DNA of 64,000 nt from NCBI GenBank assembly GCA_964016885.1, contig CAXHJY010001257.1, forward strand, positions 163,423-227,422. The letters run 5' to 3'. Numbering within the stretch: position 1 is the first letter of the stretch; each line of letters opens with the position of its first letter. Positions 40,030 to 51,784 of this stretch are shown in pieces. The position numbers and the translations under genes are program-made. The notes below the pieces were generated by a model, which ran no database searches, was not told where the DNA came from, and worked only from the letters and a program-made list of their open reading frames with translations. Source of the DNA: Eledone cirrhosa (taxonomy: Eukaryota).

Positions 40030-41457
40030 GATATAACAATGGAAATATATAAACATGGAAGCACGGCCTAGAATCAAAAGGCCTTAAAATTAACATGGCT
40101 AAGACTAAAGTTCTAGTTTGTAGGAAAGAAAATAAGGCGCCGGTCCCTTCCGGGAAATGGCCATGCTCAGTGTGTAGGAAAGGCGTAGGTAGAAACTCCA
40201 TTTTTATGTCCCAAATGCAAAGTATGGGTGCATAAAAGATGTAGTGGGATCACAGGTAAGCTAACTAAGAACACAGCTTTTACATGTGGCCGGTGCTCTG
40301 GTGCAATAAGTAGCAGCAAGTGCCCACAAAATACTAGCTATTTCAACTGCGCAGAGGGTTCTATAGAAATAGTGGACAGCTTCCGTTACCTGGGTGACAA
40401 AATCAGCAGTGGGGGAGGGTGCTCCGAATGTACAGTAGCTAGAGTCAGAACTGGATGGAAAAAGTTCAGAGAGCTTATACCACTATTAGCCGCTAAAGGG
40501 TTCTCCCTAAAAGTGAAAGGCAGGTTGTATGATGCCTGCATACGAACAGCAATGTTGCATGGCAGTGAGACCTGGGCATTGTGTGCAGAGGATATACGCA
40601 GACTAGAGAGGAACGAAGCTTGCATGCTCCGCTGGATGTGTAATAGTAATATACGCGAACGGCAAAGCATAAACGAACTAAGGAAAAAATTAGAAATAAG
40701 AGGGATCAGATGTTGTTTACTCGAGAGAAGGCTACGTTGGTATGGTCACGTGATGTGCATGAAAGACGACAGCTGTATAACAAAGTGCAGGGCAATAAAG
40801 ATAGATGGTAGCCACGGAGTAGGCAGACCCAGAAAAACCTGGGACGAGCTGATGAATTCCGACCTCACACACTTACACCTCTCCAAGACAATGTCACTGG
40901 ACCGAGACCTTTGGCGGTACTCAGTAACAGAGAAGACCCGCGTTACCTAAATACAAAGTAAAACCTACTACAGTCAGTAGGCATCTCTAACAAAATACAC
41001 CCCCGTCCCACCACCCCCACCCCATCCACACCGCCCCTTTCAATGTAAAGTTATGTTGGTGCCACAACATCCAGGCCGAAACAAATGAGATCGTGTAGGT
41101 GTCACGACAAAAAAAACACACAGTCCACGCTGTAATGTGACCGTGTAGGCAACACGGTAAAAACCTCCCAGTCCCACACTGTAAATGTGGTTGGTGTTAG
41201 GAAGGGCATCCAGCTGTAGAAAACCTGCCAGACAGTCCACGCTGTAATGTGGCCGTGTAGGCAACACGGTAAAAACCTCCCAGCCCCACACTGTAAATGT
41301 GGTTGGTGTTAGGAAGGGCATCCAACTGTAGAAAACCCGCCAGACAGTCCTATGCGAGCAAGACAACCACTCTTGCCTCAAGTGGGAAAACTCCCGTCCA
41401 AACCCATGCAAGCATGGAACACGGACGTTAAACGATGATGATGATGATGATGATGAT
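40030..41457 (+). mobile_element. 5'-truncated RTE LINE with a C4HC3 (PHD-like) insert, frameshift near 40200
   Basis: WKHGLESKGLKINMAKTKVL...WPCSVCRKGVGRNSI / CPKCKVWVHKRCSG...FTCGRC...VDSFRYLGD...GRPRKTW; 3' UTR with an internal duplication; (GAT)n tail. Confidence 0.9.
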
Positions 41458-41630
41458 TTATATAAGGGATGTGATATAGTGTATGGCAAAGTGTTATGAT
41501 ATAACAGGCGCTAACGGAAGTATTTGACATTTGAAATATTTTAACAGAAGTGAATCTTGAAATAAGCAATCATTATATATAAGAATGTTTGTTAGGAGAT
41601 AAATTATGTAATATTCATTCATTATTTATG

Positions 41631-41808
41631 GATTGGCAGTATCGGTAGAGGGTCGGACGCCATGCTTTCCAGCATAGTTACGTCCCTTTACGATCTGAGT
41701 TCAAATCCCGCCGAGGTTGACTTTGCCTTTCATCCTTACGGGGTCGATAAAATAAAGTACCAGTAATGCACTGGGTAATTGCTGGCCTTGTGCCTAAAAG
41801 TAGAAACA
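41631..41808 (+). mobile_element. SINE family B flanked by ATTATTTATG direct repeats
   Basis: tRNA-like head (TGGCAGTATCGG ... GAGTTCAAATCC); duplicated target at 41621-41630 and 41809-41818. Confidence 0.82.
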
Positions 41809-41829
41809 ATTATTTATGCATTATTTATG

Positions 41830-42119
41830 GCCCGAGTGAATGGGCCTACTTTGAGTACGTATCTGTAAATTAAAGGTGGAAAACTGGGAGAGGGCACTTG
41901 CCCTGGTGGGCAGGGTCACTGTGGCCTTTTAATGGGCTTTCTCCACAAATGTCCCTCCGAAGTCTCCCCTCTATTGGGGAATTTTTCATTGTTATTTTTT
42001 TGTTACATCCTCTGTTTTTGTTCTTTACACGCAGAAATGCCCATTTGTACCGTCCTGTATTGCCCTGCACTGTCCTTAATGTCTACTTTATGTAAACCCT
42101 TGTGGTTAATAAAGAAATC
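41830..42119 (+). mobile_element. 3' end of a Tx1-like LINE, related to 5010-5279
   Basis: GGCCCGAGTGAATGGG ... CCCCTCTATTGGGGAA ... CCCTTGTGGTTAATAAAGAAATC; flanked by ATTATTTATG at 41820-41829 and 42120-42129. Confidence 0.75.
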
Positions 42120-42256
42120 ATTATTTATGCAAAGTAATCCAACTTATTTTAATAATGAGATAAAAAAATATAAAGGGGCCACAGTGTCGTGGCTCACCAA
42201 TCATTATATATAAGGTTATTACTAATATACATTTTTCTCTCTTTCTCTGTCTACAG

Positions 42257-42376
42257 GTAAACGGTACCAGGAATTAATCTGTCTGTGGGTCGCTGTCTGT
42301 CTGTTTATCATCAACTTCATCTTCCTGATCAAACACTTCAGGATCGACAACCTCTATTTCATTGCTCTCTCTTCTA
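42257..42376 (+). CDS. PEDS1: PEDS1/TMEM189 coding exon (first one found; probably exon 2)
   Basis: CTACAG acceptor, GTAAGT donor, 120 bp, phase 1/1. (G)KRYQELICLWVAVCLFIINFIFLIKHFRIDNLYFIALSS matches the GKRxQE transmembrane segment of TMEM189. Confidence 0.88.
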
Positions 42377-42414
42377 GTAAGTATAGATATACCTACACAT
42401 ATATATACATATAT

Positions 42415-42458
<44 letters not shown>

Positions 42459-42495
42459 AAATTACACAATTATCAAAGTTATGTTCAAATCATTT

Positions 42496-42547
42496 AATAG
42501 CTGACAATCGTTTCTTCCAAACTCTCATTTGGAGTCATCAGAGCATT
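42496..42547 (-). ncRNA. Minimal type-I hammerhead ribozyme motif
   Basis: Minus strand AATGCT-CTGATGA-C-TCCAAA-TGAGAG-TTTGGA-A-GAAAC-GATT-GTC-AGCTATT. Confidence 0.7.
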
Positions 42548-42771
42548 ATCAATGTTTGTACATGTAATTAACCTCCTATTCAACTGAACAATCATATAGA
42601 TACATATAAATTGATGTTGTGAGCAACAGTTTCGTATTTACAGGGTGGAATGGATGCGACATATTTTACGAGAATTATACAATAATACAAATTAAAAGCA
42701 CAGAGTGGAATATATGCAACAGATAATACAAGAGAATTGTCTAATAATTAAAGAGGCATTGAGAAAGAAGC

Positions 42772-44570
42772 TCAACACATCACATGTCCATACCATCTCA
42801 GTCTTCTCTCCCACACACTACAACTTATCCCTCTTATACACAGTTTCTCTCTCACCACTTCACATGTCCATACGATCTCAGTCTTCTTTCCCACACACCA
42901 CAACTTATCCTCTTAGACCCAGTTTCTCAACACATCACATGTCCATACCATCTCAGTCTTCTCTCCTACACACTACAGTTTATCCCTCTTATACACAGTT
43001 TCTCTCTCAACACATCACATGTCCATACCATCTCAGTCTTCTCTCCCACACACTACAACTTATCCCTCTTATACACAGTTTCTCTCTCAACACATCACAT
43101 GTCCATACCATCTCAGTCTTCTCTCCCACACACCATAACTTATCCCTCTCATACACAGTTTCTCTCTCAACACACCACATGTCCATACCATCTCAGTCTT
43201 CTCTCCTACACACTACAGTTTATCCCTCTTATACACAGTTTCTCTCTCAACACATCACATGTCCATACCATCTCAGTCTTCTCTCCCACACACTACAACT
43301 TATCCCTCTTATACACAGTTTCTCTCTCACCACATCACATGTCCATACCATCTCAGTCTTCTCTCCCACACACTACAGTTTATCCCTCATATACACAGTT
43401 TCTCTCTCAACACATCACATGTCCATACCATCTCAGTCTTCTCTCCCACACACCACAACTTATCCCTCTTAGACCCAGTATCTCAACACATCACATGTCC
43501 ATACCATCTCGGTCTTCTCTCACACACACTACAACTTATCCCTCTTATACACAGTTTCTCTCTCAACACATCACATGTCCATACCATCTCAGTCTTCTCT
43601 CCCACACACTACAACTTATCCTTCTTATACACAGTTTCTCTCTCAACACATCACATGTCCATACCATCTCAGTCTTCTCTCCCACACACCACAACTTATC
43701 CCTCTTATACACAGTTTCTCTCTCAACACATCACATGTCCATACCATCTCAGTCTTCTCTCCCACACACTACAACTTATCCTTCTTATACACAGTTTCTC
43801 TCTCAATACATCACATGTCCATACCATCTCAGTCTTCTCTCCCACACACCACAACTTATCCCTCTTATACACAGTTTCTCTCTCAACACATCACATGTCC
43901 ATACCATCTCAGTCTTCTCTCCCACACACTACAACTTATCCCTCTTATACACAGTTTCTCTCTCAACACATCACATGTCCATACCATCTGTCTTCTCTCC
44001 CACACACTACAACTTATCCCTCTTAGACCCAGTTTCTCTCTCAACACATCACATCTCCATACCATCTCAGTCTTCTCTCCCACAAACCACAACTTATCCC
44101 TCTTATACCCAGTTTCTCTCTCAACACATCACTTGTCCATACCATCTCGATCTTCTCTCCCACACACCACAACTTATCCCTCTTATATACAGTTTCTCTC
44201 CCACACACTACAACTTATCCTTCTTATACACAGTTTCTCTCTCAACACATCACATGTCCATACCATCTCAGTCTTCTCTCCCACACACCACAACTTATCC
44301 CTCTTATACACAGTTTCTCTCTCAACACATCACATGTCCATACCATCTCAGTCTTCTCTCCCACACACCACAACTTATCCCTCTTATACACAGTTTCTCT
44401 CTCAACATACCACATATCCATACCATCTCAGTCTTTTCTCCCACACACTACAACTTATCCCTCTTATACCCAGTTTCTCTCTCAACACATCACATGTTCA
44501 TACCATCTCACTCTTCTCTCCCACACATGACAACTTATCCCTCTTATATACAGTTTCTCTCACAACTCAT
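42772..44570 (-). repeat. 80-bp satellite derived from RTE coding sequence, about 22 copies
   Basis: The unit's reverse complement encodes [27 protein letters not shown]; the array runs into single-copy RTE sequence 44570-44697, homologous to 7230-7360. Confidence 0.92.
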
Positions 44571-44729
44571 ATATGCTTGGTCATTCACGCACATTGACAT
44601 TACACATCTAATGGAGCATGTTTCCCACATTTCTCTCCAGCCGTCACATATCCTCTGCAGTTGCTGCCCATGTCTCACTACCATGCAGCATCGCGCATCT
44701 ACATACACACAAACATACACACATACCTG

Positions 44730-45440
44730 AGGACTCCAGCATCTTCACAGACGATTGCAGTCTCTTACTGATTCTTTGTTATCATCCCATCCACGTCGAT
44801 GACTTCGTAGATGACTTTGTAGGCCAGCTGTAGATCTGCATGGTTTACGACACAGGTGATAGAAGAGAGTTGTGCTTTCCACAGGACTGGTGGGGGTCAC
44901 CCTGTGGGACTTCATAGATGACTTTGTAGGCCAGCTGTAAATCTGCATGGTTTACGACACAGGTAACAGAAGAGAGTTGTGCTTTCCACAGGACCGGTGG
45001 GGTCACCCTGTGGGACTTCGTAGATGACTTTGTAGGCCAGCTGTAAATCTGCATGGTTTACGACACAGGTAACAGAAGAGAGTTGTGCTTTCCACAGGAC
45101 TGGTGGGGTCACCCTGTGGGACTTCGTAGATGACTTTGTAGGCCAGCTGTAAATCTGCATGGTTTACGACACAGGTAACAGAAGAGAGTTGTGCTTTCCA
45201 CAGGACAGGTGGGGTCACCCTGTGGGACTTCGTAGATGACTTTGTAGGCCAGCTGTAGATCTACATGGTTTACAACACAGGTGACAGAAGAGAGTTGTGC
45301 TTTCCACAGGACCGGTGGGGTCACCCTGTGGGACTTCATAGATGACTTTGTAGGCCAGCTGTAAATCTGCATGGTTTACGACACAGGTGACAGAAGAGAG
45401 TTGTGCTTTCCACAGGACCGGTGGGGTCACCCTGTGGGAC
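44730..45440 (-). repeat. 106-bp repeat, about 6 copies, built from a LINE-terminal C2H2-finger segment
   Basis: GGTCACCCTGTGGGAC at 45001, 45107, 45213, 45319, 45425; minus strand reads C(Y/H)LCRKPCR(S/F)TAGLQSHLRS. Confidence 0.85.
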
Positions 45441-45713
45441 ACAATCTTTATGTACCACCATGTGTCTTTTTAGTCAAGAGCTAGTTCTACACCCTTTGTT
45501 GTATATCACACACATTGTTTCACCAAGTCTTTGTTGAGTGGTGTTGCAGGTGGTTATACATACATACAGAGTGTACTGGGTGTATTTTATCATGACACCA
45601 GCACTACCATTCTCTCTCTCACTCTTTCTCTCTCACTCTTTCTCTCTCTGTCTCTCTCATTCTCTCTCTCTCTCTAACCAATGTCCATTTGTCTTCCCCT
45701 TCTTCTATTTCAG

Positions 45714-45805
45714 TATTCGGTGTATTAACAGCTGATTTCCTTAGTGGTCTAGTTCACTGGTCAGCAGACACCTGGGGTAGTGTGGATCTACCTGTCATAG
45801 GGAAA
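45714..45805 (+). CDS. PEDS1: PEDS1/TMEM189 coding exon
   Basis: TTTCAG acceptor, GTAAGT donor, 92 bp, phase 1/0. (I)[30 protein letters not shown]. Confidence 0.96.
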
Positions 45806-45944
45806 GTAAGTAGTCACTTTTAATATTAACTCACTCCCCCAGCCAACAACAACAACAACAACAACAGACCCTTTCCAGAAACTTCAGTCAACTCTCTTTC
45901 AAATCTTTAAACATAATCTTCCAGGAGAGAAACCATATCTCTGG

Positions 45945-46020
<76 letters not shown>

Positions 46021-46027
<7 letters not shown>

Positions 46028-46150
46028 ATATAGAAAAGGCTTCTACAGGACTAGAACTGTTTCATTTGGAAGAAATCATCAGGGCTTCCTGATGATTTCT
46101 CCCGAATTAAACAGTTCTAGTCCTGTAGAAGCCTTTTCTATATCAAATAT
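46021..46150. repeat. Palindrome after a (TA)n tract, each arm with a degenerate hammerhead core
   Basis: ATATTTGATATAGAAAAGGCTTCTACAGGACTAGAACTGTTT...TCATCAGG mirrored by CCTGATGA...AAACAGTTCTAGTCCTGTAGAAGCCTTTTCTATATCAAATAT; related piece at about 10050-10180. Confidence 0.85.
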
Positions 46151-46330
46151 TTATACTCTGCTATGTTTTGAATACCTTACTGTGGTTACCCCCGATTGAA
46201 CCTGGGATAAACGTATATATATATATTTTGCAAGAGATGACAACATGAATGGACCTGTTATTTTTATCTAAAGACATTTTTTCCAATTCCACCCCACCCG
46301 TCCCCTCAATCTATCTTATTTCTCACTCTT

Positions 46331-46366
46331 TCTTCTGATGAAGGACCAGCGTCCGAAACGTTAAGA
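46331..46366 (+). ncRNA. Minimal type-I hammerhead ribozyme motif within a Penelope-like fragment (46228-46452)
   Basis: TCTT-CTGATGA-A-GGAC-CAGC-GTCC-GAAAC-GTT-AAGA. Confidence 0.72.
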
Positions 46367-46456
46367 CCCTCTTCCTGCTATATCAAGTGTTAAACTAATA
46401 TATCCCTTCCATATACTGTACTGATTGTGTTGTTATTTCTGTTTTCCTTTTATATG

Positions 46457-46490
<34 letters not shown>

Positions 46491-46580
46491 TGTATACATA
46501 TATATATATATATATATATGCATACATACATATATATATATATATATATGTATGCATACATACATATATATATATATATG

Positions 46581-46611
<31 letters not shown>

Positions 46612-46644
46612 GTATGCATACATACATATATATATATATATATG

Positions 46645-46686
<42 letters not shown>

Positions 46687-46712
46687 CATACATACATATA
46701 TATATATATATG

Positions 46713-46752
<40 letters not shown>

Positions 46753-46778
46753 CATACATACATATATATATATATATG

Positions 46779-46819
<41 letters not shown>

Positions 46820-47000
46820 ATATATATAAATATATAAAAATTTTTGCTCTACATGGCTGAATACAATAAATGTAATCTGAGTTTTTCGAATATTAATAAT
46901 AACATTCGATTAGTTTGCAATTATACAAACAAGCCTCATTTTTAAAGCCATGTCAGTAGAATGAACCCTTCATTCTTACTCTTGTGTTGGCATGTGAACA

Positions 47001-47050
47001 GAACTGCAGACACTAATGTTTCTGGGCATCACCCTTCATCAGTACAGCTC
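47001..47050 (-). ncRNA. Type-I hammerhead ribozyme motif
   Basis: Minus strand GAGCTGTA-CTGATGA-A-GGGT-GAT-GCCC-A-GAAAC-ATTAGT-GTC-TGCAGTTC: 8-bp stem I (two G-U pairs), GUC triplet. Confidence 0.78.
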
Positions 47051-47315
47051 ACTGTTACTAATATGCAAATCAGGCCGATCAGTCACTGTGTATTTTAGAA
47101 AATAGCATATATTTAAACTAGCTCTAACAGTTGGCAGGTGAACAGTGAGCAGTACCTGCAGTTGCGACCGGTAGATAGCAATTGGAAAGACTAACGGAAA
47201 CATTGTTTCCTTGGTCCGATTTGACTGGCATATCCGTAAGACAGCCACAGAAATCTGAAAATGTAAGCAAATTGAAATACTGCTGGGAAAACATTAAAAT
47301 TATATGGAAGCCTAA

Positions 47316-47476
47316 ATCATCATCATCATCATCAGTTTTACATCCATTCTTCCACGCTAGCATGGGTTAGATGAGTTGTCCTGTTCTGGGCAATGCTAGG
47401 TCAGGTGACCATCTCTTGCTCATAGAGAACTGATTTTGGCTTGGTTTCTACAGCGGGATGTCCTTCCTAACACCAA
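47316..47476 (-). mobile_element. RTE/SINE-A type 3' tail leading into the 48-bp array
   Basis: (CAT)n...CCACGCTAGCATGGG...TTTCTACAGCGGGATGTCCTTCCTAACACCAAC. Confidence 0.8.
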
Positions 47477-50400
47477 CCACTTTACAGTGTGGACTGGGTA
47501 CTTTTTGTTGTGACACCTACATGACCACTTTACAGTGTGGACTGGGTACTTTTTGTTGTGACACCTACATGACCACTTTACAGTGTGGACTGGGTACTTT
47601 TTGTTGTGACACCTACATGACCACTTTACAGTGTGGACTGGGTACTTTTTGTTGTGACACCTACATGACCACTTTACAGCGTGGACTGGGTACTTTTTGT
47701 TGTGAGACCTACATGACCACTTTACAGTGTGGACTGGGTACTTTTTGTTGTGACACCTACATGACCACTTTACAGTGTGGACTGGGTACTTTTTGTTGTG
47801 ACACCTACATGACCACTTTACAGTGTGGACTGGGTACTATTTATTGTGACACCTACATGGCCACTTTACAGTGTGGACTGGGTACTTTTTGTTGTGACAC
47901 CTACATGACCACTTTACAGTGTGGACTGGGTGCTGTTTGTTGTGACACCTACATGACCACTTTACAGTGTGGACTGGGTACTTTTTGTTGTGACACCTAC
48001 ATGACCACTTTACAGTGTGGACTGGGTACTTTTTGTTGTGACACCTACATGACCACTTTACAGTGTGGACTGGGTACTTTTTGTTGTGACACCTACATGA
48101 CCACTTTACAGTGTGGACTGGGTACTTTTTGTTGTGACACCTACATGACCACTTTACAGTGTGGACTGGGTACTTTTTGTTGTGACACCTACATGACCAC
48201 TTTACAGTGTGGACTGGGTACTATTTATTGTGACACCTACATGGCCACTTTACAGTGTGGACTGGGTACTTTTTGTTGTGACACCTACATGACCACTTTA
48301 CAGTGTGGACTGGGTGCTGTTTGTTGTGACACCTACATGACCACTTTACAGTGTGGACTGGGTACTTTTTGTTGTGACACCTACATGACCACTTTACAGT
48401 GTGGACTGGGTACTTTTTGTTGTGACACCTACATGACCACTTTACAGTGTGGACTGGGTACTTTTTGTTGTGACACCTACATGACCACTTTACAGTGTGG
48501 ACTGGGTACTATTTATTGTGACACCTACATGACCACTTTACAGTGTGGACTGGGTACTATTTATTGTGACACCTACATGGCCACTTTACAGTGTGGACTG
48601 GGTACTTTTTGTTGTGACACCTACATGACCACTTTACAGTGTGGACTGGGTGCTGTTTGTTGTGACACCTACATGACCACTTTACAGTGTGGACTGGGTA
48701 CTTTTTGTTGTGACACCTACATGACCACTTTACAGTGTGGACTGGGTACTTTTTGTTGTGACACCTACATGACCACTTTACAGTGTGGACTGGGTACTTT
48801 TTGTTGTGACACCTACATGACCACTTTACAGCGTGGACTGGGTACTTTTTGTTGTGACACCTACATGACCACTTTACAGTGTGGACTGGGTACTTTTTGT
48901 TGTGACACCTACATGACCACTTTACAGTGTGGACTGGGTACTTTTTGTTGTGACACCTACATGACCACTTTACAGTGTGGACTGGGTACTATTTATTGTG
49001 ACACCTACATGGCCACTTTACAGTGTGGACTGGGTACTTTTTGTTGTGACACCTACATGACCACTTTACAGCGTGGACTGAGTACTTTTTGTTGTGACAC
49101 CTACATGACCACTTTACAGTGTGGACTGGGTACTTTTTGTTGTGACACCTACATGACCACTTTACAGTGTGGACTGGGTACTTTTTGTTGTGACACCTAC
49201 ATGACCACTTTACAGCGTGGACTGAGTACTTTTTGTTGTGACACCTACATGACCACTTTACAGTGTGGACTGGGTACTTTTTGTTGTGACACCTACATGA
49301 CCACTTTACAGCGTGGACTGGGTACTTTTTGTTGTGACACCTACATGACCACTTTACAGTGTGGACTGGGTACTATTTGTTGTGACACCTACATGACCAC
49401 TTTACAGTGTGGACTGGGTACTATTTATTGTGACACCTACATGGCCACTTTACAGTGTGGACTGGGTACTTTTTGTTGTGACACCTACATGACCACTTTA
49501 CAGTGTGGACTGGGTGCTGTTTGTTGTGACACCTACATGGCCACTTTACAGTGTGGACTGGGTACTTTTTGTTGTGACACCTACTTGACCACTTTACAGT
49601 GTGGACTGGGTACTTTTTGTTGTGACACCTACATGACCACTTTACAGTGTGGACTGGGTACTTTTTGTTGTGACACCTACATGACCACTTTACAGTGTGG
49701 ACTGGGTGCTGTTTGTTGTGACACCTACATGGCCACTTTACAGTGTGGACTGGGTACTTTTTGTTGTGACACCTACATGACCACTTTACAGTGTGGACTG
49801 GGTACTTTTTGTTGTGACACCTACATGACCACTTTACAGCGTGGACTGGGTACTATTTGTTGTGACACCTACATGACCACTTTACAGTGTGGACTGGGTA
49901 CTTTTTGTTGTGACACCTACATGACCACTTTACAGTGTGGACTGGGTACTTTTTGTTGTGACACCTACATGACCACTTTACAGTGTGGACTGGGTACTTT
50001 TTGTTGTGACACCTACATGACCACTTTACAGTGTGGACTGGGTACTTTTTGTTGTGACACCTACATGACCACTTTACAGTGTGGACTGGGTACTTTTTGT
50101 TGTGACACCTACATGACCACTTTACAGCGTGGACTGGGTACTTTTTGTTGTGACACCTACATGACCACTTTACAGTGTGGACTGGGTACTTTTTGTTGTG
50201 ACACCTACATGACCACTTTACAGTGTGGACTGGGTGCTTTTTGTTGTGACACCTACATGACCACTTTACAGTGTGGACTGGGTACTATTTATTGTGACAC
50301 TTACATGACCACTTTACAGTGTGGACTGGGCACTATTTGTCATGACACCTACAGGACCACTTTACAGTGTGGACTGGGTACTATTTGTTGTGACACCTAC

Positions 50401-50735
50401 ATGACCACTTTACAGTGTGGACTGGGTACTATTTATTGTGACACTTACATGACCACTTTACAGTGTGGACTGGGCACTATTTGTCATGACACCTACATGA
50501 CCACTTTACAGTGTGGACTGGGTACTATTTGTTGTGACACCTACATGACCACTTTACAGTGTGGACTGGGTACTATTTATTGTGACACATGACCACTTTA
50601 CAGTGTGGACTGGGCACTATTTGTCATGACACCTACATGACTACTTTACAGTGTGGACTGGGTACTATTTGTTGTGACACCTACATGACCACTTTACAGT
50701 GTGGACTGGGTACTATTTGTTGTGACACCTACATG
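47476..50735 (-). repeat. 48-bp satellite, about 68 copies
   Basis: Unit ACCACTTTACAGTGTGGACTGGGTACTTTTTGTTGTGACACCTACATG. Confidence 0.97.
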
Positions 50736-51627
50736 AAGGAAGCCAATACTCATATATGTATCTGTGACTATGTTTATATATATGTCCTCTATGAATTTGT
50801 TCTATACTCCCTTACGGTTGAGTAAACCTCAGGCAGTAACTAGCTGCTTCTTCTAGTAATGAACTTACTTGCTACCGGCCTACCCTTCACAACACTTCTA
50901 TCTTTGACCGCTGGCCCTGTGATGATTTTCACCCCTTTTGAATTTGTTACTAACGGCAATCACTTTGGATATTTCGGTCCTAACTGAGGGAGTCTCTTGA
51001 AAAGCTCGGAGCCTCATGGATAATGTAATGATTAGACATTTCCACAAAGTACGAGCGAAACTATCGATAGTCGGGACTAGAGGAATTTTGGTAAAGTTTA
51101 TATACATTTTTTCTTCAAACTTACATTTTAGACATAGCTCCGTTTAATTGATTATTTGTCTCGTTAATTTCTACGGACTAAGAAGAAGGACTGGGTAAAT
51201 TTTGTCTGACTGTTCCTCGCGGGGAAAGTCTGTGACATTTATCTGTTATTTCTTCAAAGTTACATTTTAAACTTAGCTCCATTTAAATGATCATTTATCT
51301 GGTTGATTTCTACGAACTAAGAAGAAAAAGATTGGATATATTTTGTCTGACTGTTCTTGAAACTTATAATTCTATATATAGCTCTGATTAATAATTATTT
51401 ACTTAATTAATTCACTTATTGAGCCACACCTTTTTAAAACTGTTATACTCTGCTATGTATTGAGTACCTTACTTACTGTGGTTACCTCCGATTCAACCCG
51501 GAATAACTTACCTATATATATATATGTGTAAATGAAGTAATTCCATCGGAAAGGTCCAGGAAAAAAAGAGTGCTCTATGTAGGTTACAGAGCTTATTAGT
51601 TATGTAATAAACAACATAAGATAATTA

Positions 51628-51688
51628 TTTCATTTACCAGTGGTTTCTTGAAAGCAAACAAAATTTGCTTTCAGTCATCAGAATGAAA
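51628..51688 (-). ncRNA. Type-I hammerhead ribozyme motif
   Basis: Minus strand TTTCATT-CTGATGA-C-TGAAAGCAAA-TTTTG-TTTGCTTTCA-A-GAAAC-CACTG-GTA-AATGAAA: 7-bp stem I, 10-bp stem II, GUA triplet. Confidence 0.8.
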
Positions 51689-51771
51689 AAATCCTGGTGT
51701 ATTTATTGACAGTGGATTTTAAAAAAATCCACTGTCAATAAATACACCAGGATTTTTTCATTCTGATGACT
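51673..51771. repeat. Perfect palindrome, 48-bp arms, overlapping the hammerhead 5' half
   Basis: AGTCATCAGAATGAAAAAATCCTGGTGTATTTATTGACAGTGGATTTT mirrored exactly. Confidence 0.92.
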
Positions 51772-51784
51772 TTTTCATTCTAAT

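Noticed and set aside
47458-50592. 1044-aa Cys-rich repeat ORF (TTLQCGLGTFCCDTYM)n
   Set aside because: Product of a 48-bp unit divisible by three; intronic and derived from a retroelement UTR.
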